Part shown: piece by piece, positions 55,691 to 64,000 of the stretch
Layout: each line of letters opens with the position of its first letter
How positions within the stretch are numbered: the first letter of the stretch is position 1
Assembly (NCBI RefSeq): GCF_031547805.1
Contig: NZ_JAVBRQ010000015.1
Coordinates: 4,938 to 68,937, forward strand
DNA length: 64,000 nucleotides
Direction of reading: 5' to 3'
From: Desulfobulbus sp.
GTDB lineage: Bacteria > Desulfobacterota > Desulfobulbia > Desulfobulbales > Desulfobulbaceae
Made by a program: the position numbers and the translations under genes
Notes under the pieces: model-generated
What the model was told of the DNA's origin: nothing
Database searches by the model: none
What the model saw: the letters and a program-made list of their open reading frames with translations, nothing else

Positions 55691-58588
55691 TCAATGGGGA
55701 GGTGGCCCGCCTTGGCCGACACGTTCGGCGGCGAGATATTTGAGGACGTCGTCGCCGGGAATCGGCCGGGAGAAATAGTAGCCCTGCGCCTCGTGGCAGC
55801 CCAGGGCCTCCAGCCGACGCAACTGCTCTTCCGTTTCCACGCCCTCGGCCACGACCTTCAGCCGCATCTGCTGGCAGATGGCGACGATGGTGGCGACGAT
55901 GCCGCCATGGGTATCCATGTCGTCGACGAACTGCTTGTCGATCTTCAGCGTGCTCACCGGCATTTTGCTGAGCAGGCCCAACGAGGAGTAGCCGGTGCCG
56001 AAATCGTCGATGGAAAAGGACACCCCCAGCTCGCGAAGGCGGTTCATGACCCTCAAGGTGTGGTCGACATCGGTCATGGCCGTGGTTTCGGTGATTTCGA
56101 ATTCAATGGCGTCGGCTTCGATCCGGTACTGGCTGAACAGCTCGCCGACGATGTCGACAAAATCGCTGTTGTGGAACTGGCGCGGCGAAACGTTGACGCT
56201 GATCGGCACCGCCACGCCCTGCTGCCGCATCGTGCCATGGAAGATGCAGGCCTGCTCCAGCACCAGCAGGCAGAGATCGTCGATCAGGCTCGATTCCTCG
56301 GCAATGGGGATGAAGGCGCCCGGGGAGACGAGAATGTTCCCCTGTTCCCAGCGGATCAGTGCTTCCAGGGAAGAGGCGGTCCGACTCTCGATATCCACCT
56401 TGGGCTGATAATACACGATGAATTCACGGTTGAGCAGGCCGGTGCGGATTTTGTTCTCGGTCCGCAGCCGTTTGAGCATTTCGTCGTGCATCTCCCTGGA
56501 AAACATCGCGTGCCTGTTTTTCCCCTCCCGCTTGGCCTTGTGCATGGCCATGTCGGCGCTCCTGATCAGGTCGAGGGGAGTGTCGCAGTCGTCCGGAAAA
56601 ACGGTGATGCCGATGCTGGCGTTGACGTAAATCTTCTTGAAATCGAGCAAAAACGGCTCGTTGAGCACGGCCTGGATCTGGTCGGCGGCCAGGGGGATCA
56701 GCGATTCGTTGTCGATCCGCTCCATCAGCAGGAGGAACTCGTCTCCGCCGATTCGGTACACCGAATTGTTGTCGGTCAGGAGGGTGGCCAGGCGCTGGCT
56801 GACCTGGACCAGTAAATCGTCGCCCTGTTTGTGCCCGAGCACATCGTTGATATTCTTGAAATTATCCAGGTCGATGTGGAGCAGTGACACCTTGGTGCCC
56901 TCGTTTTTCGCCCTGCCGCAGGCCGCGGCGAGCTTGCGTTCCAGGCCGATGCGGTTGGGCAGGCGGGTCAGGAGATCGTGGTAGGCCATGTAGGCGATCT
57001 GCCACTCCCGCTTCTTCTGTTCGCCCAGTTCGTAGAAGGTGCCGAAATAGTAGGCTGTTTCTTTCCGGTCGTTGCGAATGGCGCTGATCGTCAGCCATTC
57101 CGGATAGACGGTTCCGTCCTTCTTCCTGTTCCAGATCTCGCCTTCCCACAACCCTTTTTCCAGCAACTGCCGCCACATTTGGGCATAAAAATCGCTGTTC
57201 TGCCGGCCGGACTTGAGCAGCCGCGGATTTCCTCCGATGGCCTCGTCCTGCCCATACCCGGTTATGGCGCCAAACGCCTCGTTCACCGCCAGGATGCGGC
57301 CGGAGGCATCGGTGATGACCATGCCTTCGGGAGCGTTGTCGAAAATCTTCTTGTAGATCTGCAGAAACGTCTCGGCGCTTTTCCGGCGGTGGGCCTCGGC
57401 AACCAGTTTCTTGTTGTCGCCCTGCACCTGGAGGAGGTGTTCCTCGAATTTCACCAGCAGGGCGGCGGTCTCGCAGCCGTCCCCATCGCCGGCAACCGGC
57501 AGGTTCAGCTGATGCGCGAACCGGCGCAAGGGAACGACGACCGCACGGCTCACCAAAAACGCGGCGCCCATTGCAAACACTGTCCCGAGCAGAACCGCCA
57601 AAATCGCGGTGGCCTTGACGGCAAACAGGCCGGCATGGGCTTCGGTGGCATCGGTGGTCATCCCGACGGTCAAGTCGAACTGCGGGATATGGTGAAAGAA
57701 AAACAGGCGTTCCTTTGCCGGACGGTCCGCTCCCTCGTCCCACAACATCCGCACCGTCCGGTCCATGTGTTTCGATCCCGCCTCCAGGATCGGCTTGAGC
57801 CGGGCCGCATATACATCCGCCGCCGCCCTCTCGAACATCTGGGGGTGAGCCAGCAGCTTTCCCTGGCCGTTGAGCAGAAACGCATGCCCCGAGGCGCCAT
57901 ACTTGACGCCAGCCATCCGCCGCTCGACATCGCGGAAATCGAGGAACCGTTCGACTTCCTCGCGGTAGCAAACCACCGAGACGATCCAATCCCAGGGACG
58001 GAAATATTCCATGGAAAGCGCCTTGGGGTGCGGGCTCGCCTCATCCGGGTTTTTCCAGTTGTATTCGAGATATCCCCGTTTGGTTTCGAGCTGTCGCTTG
58101 ATAAAGGGCCAGTATTCGCGCAGCTCCTCCGCTTGCAGGATGTTTTTCCCGATCAGCGATTCGCGGGGATGAAACAGAATGACCCCAATGGAGTCGATGC
58201 AATAGACATAACCGGAAGGCCCGATCTTCTGCGCCTTCAGAGCGGCGAAAATTTCCTGCTTGGCGAGGTTCGCGCCGGTAGTGCCAGAGCCTGCCCATTT
58301 TGCCTGGACCAGCTCAATCTGCCGCACATTGTTTTCGACGATGCCGTGGAGATAGCCACGGAGCGAGGCGTCGATCGAGGCCTCGACCATGGCGGCGGCG
58401 GAAAGGCCTGCGGTCTCCAGGCCCTCCTCGATGCTCGTGTTGAAGCGCTCCAGGGTGATCCGGAGCAGGACGGCGCAGATCACCGCCAGCGGCAGGAGCA
58501 AGAAGAACATATTGCCGACGAATATCTTCTTGCCGATCGACCACTGCCCAATCTTCAGTCCTTTGCCTGCCCAACGCAAGATGCCCAT
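55691..58588 (-). CDS. sensor diguanylate cyclase/phosphodiesterase (TM - double-Cache - TM - PAS - GGDEF - EAL)
   Basis: 965 aa. The periplasmic Cache-like region has 'GYVYCIDSIGVILFHP' and 'GHAFLLNGQGKLLAHPQ'. The PAS domain has 'YKKIFDNAPEGMVITD'. It also carries 'RIGGDEFLLL', 'EALIRW' and 'DDFGTGYSSL'. Confidence 0.9.
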   Translation of the reverse strand: MGILRWAGKGLKIGQWSIGKKIFVGNMFFLLLPLAVICAVLLRITLERFNTSIEEGLETAGLSAAAMVEASIDASLRGYLHGIVENNVRQIELVQAKWAGSGTTGANLAKQEIFAALKAQKIGPSGYVYCIDSIGVILFHPRESLIGKNILQAEELREYWPFIKRQLETKRGYLEYNWKNPDEASPHPKALSMEYFRPWDWIVSVVCYREEVERFLDFRDVERRMAGVKYGASGHAFLLNGQGKLLAHPQMFERAAADVYAARLKPILEAGSKHMDRTVRMLWDEGADRPAKERLFFFHHIPQFDLTVGMTTDATEAHAGLFAVKATAILAVLLGTVFAMGAAFLVSRAVVVPLRRFAHQLNLPVAGDGDGCETAALLVKFEEHLLQVQGDNKKLVAEAHRRKSAETFLQIYKKIFDNAPEGMVITDASGRILAVNEAFGAITGYGQDEAIGGNPRLLKSGRQNSDFYAQMWRQLLEKGLWEGEIWNRKKDGTVYPEWLTISAIRNDRKETAYYFGTFYELGEQKKREWQIAYMAYHDLLTRLPNRIGLERKLAAACGRAKNEGTKVSLLHIDLDNFKNINDVLGHKQGDDLLVQVSQRLATLLTDNNSVYRIGGDEFLLLMERIDNESLIPLAADQIQAVLNEPFLLDFKKIYVNASIGITVFPDDCDTPLDLIRSADMAMHKAKREGKNRHAMFSREMHDEMLKRLRTENKIRTGLLNREFIVYYQPKVDIESRTASSLEALIRWEQGNILVSPGAFIPIAEESSLIDDLCLLVLEQACIFHGTMRQQGVAVPISVNVSPRQFHNSDFVDIVGELFSQYRIEADAIEFEITETTAMTDVDHTLRVMNRLRELGVSFSIDDFGTGYSSLGLLSKMPVSTLKIDKQFVDDMDTHGGIVATIVAICQQMRLKVVAEGVETEEQLRRLEALGCHEAQGYYFSRPIPGDDVLKYLAAERVGQGGPPPH

Positions 58589-58827
58589 GATAGTCCGGAT
58601 GGCGCGCCCACAGATCCGGCAACCGGGCTCGGCGACAGGCCGGACCGGGCTGGCGGAATCAATTGAACCAATTGCATATCATCAAGCATGCCGCATCGCG
58701 CCTCGGAGGTGAAGCGGTTTTTTCGGCGGCACGAATCGAAAACCCTTTGAGAAAGGGATATTACCACAGTTCGTGCAACGATGGTAGAGGCTGAAAATAT
58801 CGAAAAGTGCTGCCAATGGACCGGGGG

Positions 58828-60951
58828 TCATGCCTCCTGGCCGGCAACGAGCCGCAGCCGGGCGTCCAAAGCCAATGCCCCGCCTCGGTCGAGCAGGCGG
58901 AACGGGTTGACATCCAGCTCGACGATTTGCGGGAATTCGGCCAACAGCCGGGCAACGGCCAGGATGGCGCGGGCAAAGGGAGCCGGATCGACCGGTGGCC
59001 GTCCCCGGACGCCGGCCAGCAGCGATGCCGACCGCAGTTGCTCGATTTTTCCGGTGATCTCGGCCAGCGACGAAGGAGCGAGTATCCGCTGTACATCCTG
59101 GAACACCTCGACGAAAATGCCGCCATGGCCGAACAGAACCACCGGACCGAAGGCCGGATCCTGGAGACCGCCGATGAACAGGTCGTGCCCGGCCGGCGCC
59201 ATGACCGCCACCCGCACTCCGTCGAACCGGGCGGCGGGATGGTGGCGCAGGAGATTGGCCCGGATGCGGTCAAATCCCCCGGCCGCTTCCGCGGCGGAAC
59301 CGATATCGACGAGCACGCCACCGGCCTCGGTCTTGTGCACCGCCTCCGGCGACACCACCTTGAGCACCACCGGCGGCCCGATCCGCGCCGCCAGCTCCGC
59401 GGCTTCCTCGGCGGTCCGAGCCACTGCCGAAGCCGGCGCGGCAAGGCCGCAGCAGGCAAGCAGCTCCAGGGCTTCCTCCCCGACCACCCCGCCGCGTCCG
59501 CGCAACCAAGCCTCGATCCGGCCGGCATCGAAGCCCTCGTCGGCCGGATCGGGCCGGAAGGGTCCGGCGGCCTTGCGGGCATGGTAGCGCATCTGCCGGT
59601 GCAGGGCGGCAACCGCCTCCTCCGGGCCGTCGAACACCGGAACCGGCGATTGCGCCTTCATCGCCGCCACCTCCCGCGTCTCGCCGTACATGACCAACGC
59701 CATGGGCTTGCCCGAGGAACGGACCGCCCCGGCCACCGCCAGGCTCGGATCGAGGGTGAACATGCCGGTGAACACATCCTCCCCGCCCGCCGGCATCGAC
59801 GGCCGCTGGCTGGCGAAGATAGCGGCATCGACCCGGTCGCTGGCCAGGACATGGCTGAAAATCAACGGGTATTTGTCGACCCGGTAGATGTCGCCCATGT
59901 CGAGGGGGTTTTGCAACCGGATGATGTCGGCGCGGGCTACCCCGGCCAACTCCTCGAAAAAGGCCGTGCCGGGATCGGCGCAGCGCAAGCCCCGATGTTC
60001 GCAAAGATCGGCCATGGCCACCCCCATGCCGCCGGCCGGGCTCATGAGCATGACCCGGTTGCCGCGCATCGGCGGCAAGTCGAAGGCCTTGGCCGTGTCG
60101 ACGAAATCCCGAAGCCGGTCGATGCGGAGGATACCGGCCCGCTCCAGGGCGGCATCGAGGATGGCGTCGTTGGTGCTCAGGGCGGCGGTGTGGCTCATGG
60201 CCGCCCGGCCGCCGGCCTGGGTAGTGTTGGCCTTGTAGAGGAGCACCGGCTTGTCGATCCGCTCGGCCAGCTCCACCAAGCGCCGGCCGTTGCCGATGCT
60301 CTCCAGGTAGATTCCGATCACCTTGGTCGCCGGATCGGTGCCCAGGTATTCGAGCAGGTCGCACTCGTCGAGGTCGAGTTTGTTGCCGATGCTGGCGAAT
60401 TTGGCCAGGCCCACCTGTTCGGCCTCGAGCAGGTTCCAGAGGAAAAGTCCCAGGCCGCCGCTCTGGGTGATCAGGGAAAAACCGCCCGGACGCACCGGGA
60501 AAGAGGGGACAAAGGGCAGGCAGAGGCCGCTGGCGGTGTCGGCCAGGGCCAGGCTGTTGGGACCGATGAAGCGCATGCCGTGGCCGCGAGCAAGCGCAAG
60601 CAGCCGGGATGCCAGCGCCCTGCCCTCTTCGCTGGCCTCGTTGAAGCCGCCCGCCTGGATCGCCAACCGTTCGATGCCCGCCCGGCCGCAGTCGGCCACT
60701 GCCTCCGGGGCAAAACGGGCCGGGATGAGCAGCACCGCCAGATCCGGGACCAGGGGCAGGTCGGCGGCACTGCGGTACACCCGGATGCCGTCGACATCGG
60801 TCTCTTCGGTGGCCGGATTGACGCCGAAGATCCGGCCGCGATATCCCCAGCGCAGACAGTTGCCGACAATGATGCGGGGGGTGTTGCGGGCCTTGGAGGA
60901 AAGGCCGTACACGGCCAGGGATGCGGGGGCAAAGAATGTATCCATGGGCAT
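58828..60951 (-). CDS. ADP-forming acetyl/acyl-CoA synthetase (fused alpha-beta; CoA-binding, ligase-CoA and ATP-grasp domains)
   Basis: About 707 aa with 'FFAPASLAVYGLS', 'GPNSLAL', 'LITQSGGLG' and a C-terminal ATP-grasp ('PVVLKVVSPEAVHKTEAGGV'). The start was set at ATG 60951; the longer 940-aa ORF overlaps znuB. Confidence 0.8.
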   Translation of the reverse strand: MPMDTFFAPASLAVYGLSSKARNTPRIIVGNCLRWGYRGRIFGVNPATEETDVDGIRVYRSAADLPLVPDLAVLLIPARFAPEAVADCGRAGIERLAIQAGGFNEASEEGRALASRLLALARGHGMRFIGPNSLALADTASGLCLPFVPSFPVRPGGFSLITQSGGLGLFLWNLLEAEQVGLAKFASIGNKLDLDECDLLEYLGTDPATKVIGIYLESIGNGRRLVELAERIDKPVLLYKANTTQAGGRAAMSHTAALSTNDAILDAALERAGILRIDRLRDFVDTAKAFDLPPMRGNRVMLMSPAGGMGVAMADLCEHRGLRCADPGTAFFEELAGVARADIIRLQNPLDMGDIYRVDKYPLIFSHVLASDRVDAAIFASQRPSMPAGGEDVFTGMFTLDPSLAVAGAVRSSGKPMALVMYGETREVAAMKAQSPVPVFDGPEEAVAALHRQMRYHARKAAGPFRPDPADEGFDAGRIEAWLRGRGGVVGEEALELLACCGLAAPASAVARTAEEAAELAARIGPPVVLKVVSPEAVHKTEAGGVLVDIGSAAEAAGGFDRIRANLLRHHPAARFDGVRVAVMAPAGHDLFIGGLQDPAFGPVVLFGHGGIFVEVFQDVQRILAPSSLAEITGKIEQLRSASLLAGVRGRPPVDPAPFARAILAVARLLAEFPQIVELDVNPFRLLDRGGALALDARLRLVAGQEA

Positions 60952-61013
60952 GGTCCGGTAAATTGGGCTGCGAAGGTGGCCGCATCCGCAGCGGGGCTTG
61001 GCCGAAACGATGC

Positions 61014-61880
61014 TCAGACCAACCGTTCCCGGCGCCGGAATGCGGCCGCCATGCTGAGCGCGAACCAGCCGCAGGCCACCAGGATGATGGTGGCGCCGGT
61101 GGCGGTCCGCGCCCAATCCTGGGCGGAGAGCAGCAAGCCCGCCACCGCCGAACTCACGCTGATGACAACGGTCCACCAGAACATCGCGCCCGCCGAACGG
61201 GCAAAATTGCGGGCCGCCGCCGCCGGCACGATCAGCAGGGCGGTGACCAGCAGCACGCCCACCGCCTGGACCGCAAACATGACGATCAGGGCCAGCAGGC
61301 CGGCAAACAGGTATTGCAGCACCGCCACCCGGACCCGGTGCGCCCGGGCCAGGGTCGGATTGAGGCCGATATAGAGCAATTGGTTGTAGCAGCACGCCTG
61401 GAAGGTCATCAGCACCGCGAACAGGCCCATGAGGGCGAGGATTTGCCCGTCGCTGATGGTGAGGATGTCGCCGTAGAGAAAACGTTGCAGATCGCGGGCC
61501 AGCGACCGGTCCCGGCTGACGATGGCCAGGCCGAAGGCGACCATGGCCGAGAAGAAGACCCCGATCACCGTGTCCGAGGAGAGGCTGGAAGTGCGCTGCA
61601 TCAGCATGATGCCCAATCCCACCAGCAGCCCGAAGGCCGGCATGGTCCAATCCGGATCCAGGGCCAGGAGCAGCCCCAGGGCCACGCCGGCAAAGGCGGA
61701 GTGGCTGATCGCGTCGGCAAAGAACGACATGCGGAAATTAACCACCAGGATGCCCATGGCCGCGGTCATCGGCGCCAGCAGGAGCAGGCCGGCCAGGGCC
61801 TGCTGCATGAATCTGGCCTGCAGACAGTCGAAGGGCAGCAACTGGGCGAGCAGCCCGTAGAGCGGCGACAGGTCAGGCAT
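61014..61880 (-). CDS. znuB: metal (Zn/Mn) ABC transporter permease
   Basis: About 288 aa with 8-9 TM helices and 'FFADAISHSAFAGVALG', typical of the ZnuB/TroC family. The start was set at ATG 61880. Confidence 0.85.
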   Translation of the reverse strand: MPDLSPLYGLLAQLLPFDCLQARFMQQALAGLLLLAPMTAAMGILVVNFRMSFFADAISHSAFAGVALGLLLALDPDWTMPAFGLLVGLGIMLMQRTSSLSSDTVIGVFFSAMVAFGLAIVSRDRSLARDLQRFLYGDILTISDGQILALMGLFAVLMTFQACCYNQLLYIGLNPTLARAHRVRVAVLQYLFAGLLALIVMFAVQAVGVLLVTALLIVPAAAARNFARSAGAMFWWTVVISVSSAVAGLLLSAQDWARTATGATIILVACGWFALSMAAAFRRRERLV

Positions 61881-62688
61881 CGGGGCGCTCCTGGCAGCAG
61901 GGGGCCGAGCAGACCGCACGGTCGCCGGGCATGGAGCGGGAACTGACCAAGCCCATGTGCATGCCGAAAATGGCGGTGAGATTCTCGGCGGTCAGGGTTT
62001 GCCGGGGCGGTCCCTCGGCCGCGACCTTGCGATTGAGGCAGATCACGTGGGTGGCGTGGTGGGTGACGGTGGCCAGGTCGTGGCTGACCATCAGTTGGGT
62101 GAATCCCCGTTTGCGGCGCAGCTCGTCGAGCAGTTCGCAGAAGATCAATTCCCCTTGGAAATCGACCCCGGCCGAGGGCTCGTCCAGCACCAGCAGATCG
62201 GGTTTTTGGCGCAGGGCCAGGGCCAGCAGCACCCGCTGCAACTCGCCGCCGGACAGGGCGCCGATGGCGCGGCCGGCCAGGTGGTCCGCCTTGACCAGGG
62301 CCAGCGACTCCCCGGCCTGGCGGCGCAGGGCGGCATTGAGGCCGAACCACAGCGGTTTTTTCTGGAAGCCCATGACCAGGAACTCGCTGACGGTCAGGGG
62401 CATGCCCCGGTCAAAGGCCAGGCGCTGGGGCACGTAGCCGATGCGGGGAGGCGGGCTGCCGCTGCCGAAAACGATGCGGCCTCGGTAGCCGATCTCGCCC
62501 AGCAGGGCCAGCAGCAAGGTGGTTTTCCCCGCCCCGTTGGGCCCGATGATCGCGGTGCAGCTGCCCTTGGGCGCGGTGGCGCTCACCCGATCAAGGATGG
62601 AAATGCCACCGCGTTCGACCGTGACCTCGTCGAAACGGACGGCCGATTCCAGGGGCCGGTACAGGGGCAAGGGATCAGTGGCTGCCAA
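61873..62688 (-). CDS. znuC: metal (Zn/Mn) ABC transporter ATP-binding protein
   Basis: 271 aa with 'GPNGAGKTTLL', 'LSGGELQR' and 'LLVLDEP'. Confidence 0.9.
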   Translation of the reverse strand: MAATDPLPLYRPLESAVRFDEVTVERGGISILDRVSATAPKGSCTAIIGPNGAGKTTLLLALLGEIGYRGRIVFGSGSPPPRIGYVPQRLAFDRGMPLTVSEFLVMGFQKKPLWFGLNAALRRQAGESLALVKADHLAGRAIGALSGGELQRVLLALALRQKPDLLVLDEPSAGVDFQGELIFCELLDELRRKRGFTQLMVSHDLATVTHHATHVICLNRKVAAEGPPRQTLTAENLTAIFGMHMGLVSSRSMPGDRAVCSAPCCQERPDA

Positions 62689-63667
62689 GGGTTTGTTCCA
62701 AAACGGTCATGTTGCGGCGCATCACCTGCTCGTAATAGTCGAGCGGCGCCTGTTCCGGGCCGTTGGCCGCCGGGTCGAGCCGGGCGGCGGCAATGCCGGC
62801 CTCTCTGGCGATGGTGGCGCCGATCGCCTCCGGATACTGCGGTTCGGTGAAAAGTGCACCTGCTTTTTTCGCCTTGATCGCCGCCACCAGCTCCAAAATC
62901 TCGGCGGCAGAAGGGTTCTGGCCCGGATGGGCCTGGATCACCGCCACCACCGCCAGTCCCATGTCCCGCGCCAGATAGTCGAACACCCCGTGCTGGGTCA
63001 CGATCCGGTTGTTGGCCAGCCGCTTGCCCAGGGCGGCCATGTCGTCGGCCAGGCGGTTCATCCGCTGTGCATAGGCGTGCGCGTTGGCGGCATAGCGGGC
63101 TCCACCGGCGGGATGCGCCCGCACCAGGCCGTCGGCGATGTTGGCGGCGAGCAGCGCGGCCATGCGCGGGCTGGCAAAAAGATGCGGATTGGGGCCCTGG
63201 CCGTGGTGGTCATCGTCGCGATGGTTCGCGGCATCCCGACCGTCGCCGGCCGGCCGGTGGTCGTGATCGGCCCCGGCGTGCTCCGCATCCGTATAGTCGA
63301 GCACCTGCTTGATCCCCTGCGAGCTGTCCACCACCCGCAGCCTCGGGTTGGCCTTGGCGATCGGCGCGCCGAGGAACTCTTCCATCCCGAGTCCGTTGAC
63401 GACGAGCACGTCGGCCCGGGCCAGCTTGCGCATGTCCTGCGGCGTCAAGGCATAATCGTGCGGGCAACCCATTTCGGCCGGGATCATCAGGTCGATCTCG
63501 GCGCCCTCGACGCCCTGGCTGATATTGCGGGTAATCTGATACAGGGGAAAGGTGGTGGCCAGAATCCGCACCTTATCCGCCGCCTGGGCCTGCGAGGGAG
63601 GCGACAACACAACGAGGCAGCAGGAAAAAAGCAGCGGGAGAAGGAAGTTGCGGCTGGGGATCGGCAT
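62675..63667 (-). CDS. znuA: metal ABC transporter substrate-binding protein with a His/Asp-rich loop (ZnuA-like)
   Basis: The signal peptide is 'MPIPSRNFLLPLLFSCCLVVLSPPSQAQA'. The cluster-9 SBP layout is present. The loop is 'DAEHAGADHDHRPAGDGRDAANHRDDDHHGQGPNPH'. The start was set at ATG 63667. Confidence 0.85.
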   Translation of the reverse strand: MPIPSRNFLLPLLFSCCLVVLSPPSQAQAADKVRILATTFPLYQITRNISQGVEGAEIDLMIPAEMGCPHDYALTPQDMRKLARADVLVVNGLGMEEFLGAPIAKANPRLRVVDSSQGIKQVLDYTDAEHAGADHDHRPAGDGRDAANHRDDDHHGQGPNPHLFASPRMAALLAANIADGLVRAHPAGGARYAANAHAYAQRMNRLADDMAALGKRLANNRIVTQHGVFDYLARDMGLAVVAVIQAHPGQNPSAAEILELVAAIKAKKAGALFTEPQYPEAIGATIAREAGIAAARLDPAANGPEQAPLDYYEQVMRRNMTVLEQTLGSH

Positions 63668-63845
63668 GGTCGGGTCTCCTTGCGCGATGCGCGCTTGCGG
63701 CGTGCAACGCCATTGATGCAAAAGCGTTTGCAGTAGAACTGTGCCGTCCGTCCTCATGCCACCGGGAATTTTTCCGGTCGGCGGTTGTTGCGCCGGTACC
63801 ACCGATGAACCATGACCCGGCGCGCAGGCCGCGGACGCGAAGCGG

Positions 63846-64000
63846 TCACCGGCCGGACGGCTTTTCCTCCTGGCGATAGCCCTTGGCGGACATGCACTGT
63901 TCAAAGAATCTTTCCTGGGCCACCGAGTATTCCAGGCCCTGGTCCTGGCCGGAAGAGTAGGCAAAGGGGTCCCGGTAGGTGGCCCTGGAGGCTTCCCGCC
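63846..64000 (-). CDS. possible 3' end of a gene truncated by the window edge
   Basis: An open frame reads '...REASRATYRDPFAYSSGQDQGLEYSVAQERFFEQCMSAKGYRQEEKPSGR*' with its stop at 63846-63848. It is too short to identify. Confidence 0.25.
   Translation of the reverse strand, partial: REASRATYRDPFAYSSGQDQGLEYSVAQERFFEQCMSAKGYRQEEKPSGR

Noticed and set aside
53585-56815. Very long antisense or alternative-frame ORFs: 53585-56815 (+, 1076 aa), 37657-40392 (+, 911 aa), 58807-61374 (+, 855 aa), 2425-4167 (-), 4213-5856 (-), 44320-45885 (+), 28610-29743 (+) and others
   Set aside because: These are the expected stop-poor shadow frames of high-GC coding DNA. Their translations are low-complexity and rich in R, G, A and P. 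Each overlaps a gene with strong family motifs on the other strand or frame.
60952-61650. N-terminal 233-aa extension of the 940-aa ORF 58828-61650
   Set aside because: The extension overlaps the well-supported znuB gene in another frame and is Arg/Gly/Pro-rich. The recognisable acyl-CoA synthetase sequence begins at MPMDTFFAPASLAVYG (ATG 60951).
1-64000. CRISPR arrays, rRNA or tRNA genes, prophage or integrase genes
   Set aside because: Visual inspection found no short regularly spaced direct repeats, no rRNA-like or cloverleaf-capable segments, and no integrase, transposase or phage structural ORFs.

Overview
This is a high-GC bacterial chromosome segment. From the gene content I infer an anaerobe or microaerotolerant Proteobacterium or Desulfobacterota-like organism. 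All calls rest on reading the supplied ORF translations and the DNA by eye; no searches were run.

Layout:
- 0-7 kb: a B12/radical-SAM enzyme, an AT-rich orphan membrane gene, purL and a vapBC toxin-antitoxin pair.
- 7.2-35.6 kb: a ~28-kb minus-strand glycan (O-antigen, capsule or S-layer glycan type) locus. It is bounded by a small phosphoglycosyl transferase and a PglF/CapD-like dehydratase. Its native-looking high-GC arm carries rfbBDAC and manCB. Its AT-richer core carries wzm and wzt, methyltransferases, two DegT aminotransferases, an APS kinase, a WbqC-like gene, epimerases, five glycosyltransferase genes (one with three domains) and a Wzx-like flippase.
- 36-64 kb: housekeeping and redox genes. 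These are a PLD/cardiolipin-synthase-like gene, a hydantoinase-like gene, ccdA-tlpA, a thioesterase, TolC, an Rrf2-DUF4492-cydAB operon with an uncalled 31-aa ORF, HMG-CoA lyase, a flavoprotein and a nitroreductase-GT4 pair. The segment ends with a Cache-PAS-GGDEF-EAL sensor followed by an unrecognisable 1065-aa membrane protein, an ADP-forming acyl-CoA synthetase and znuACB.

Most notable observations:
1. Two copies of a ~170-bp MITE-like element bracket a very AT-rich Stf0-type sulfotransferase gene. Each copy has terminal inverted repeats and its own 5-bp target-site duplication.
2. That sulfotransferase plus a locus-encoded APS kinase implies a PAPS-dependent sulfated glycan.
3. The Wzt ATPase carries a carbohydrate-binding-like domain plus an extra Zn-ribbon/methyltransferase-like C-terminus.
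4. A C9 homopolymer lies inside one aminotransferase gene.
5. The c-di-GMP sensor and the giant membrane protein look like one operon.

No rRNA, tRNA or CRISPR array was seen.
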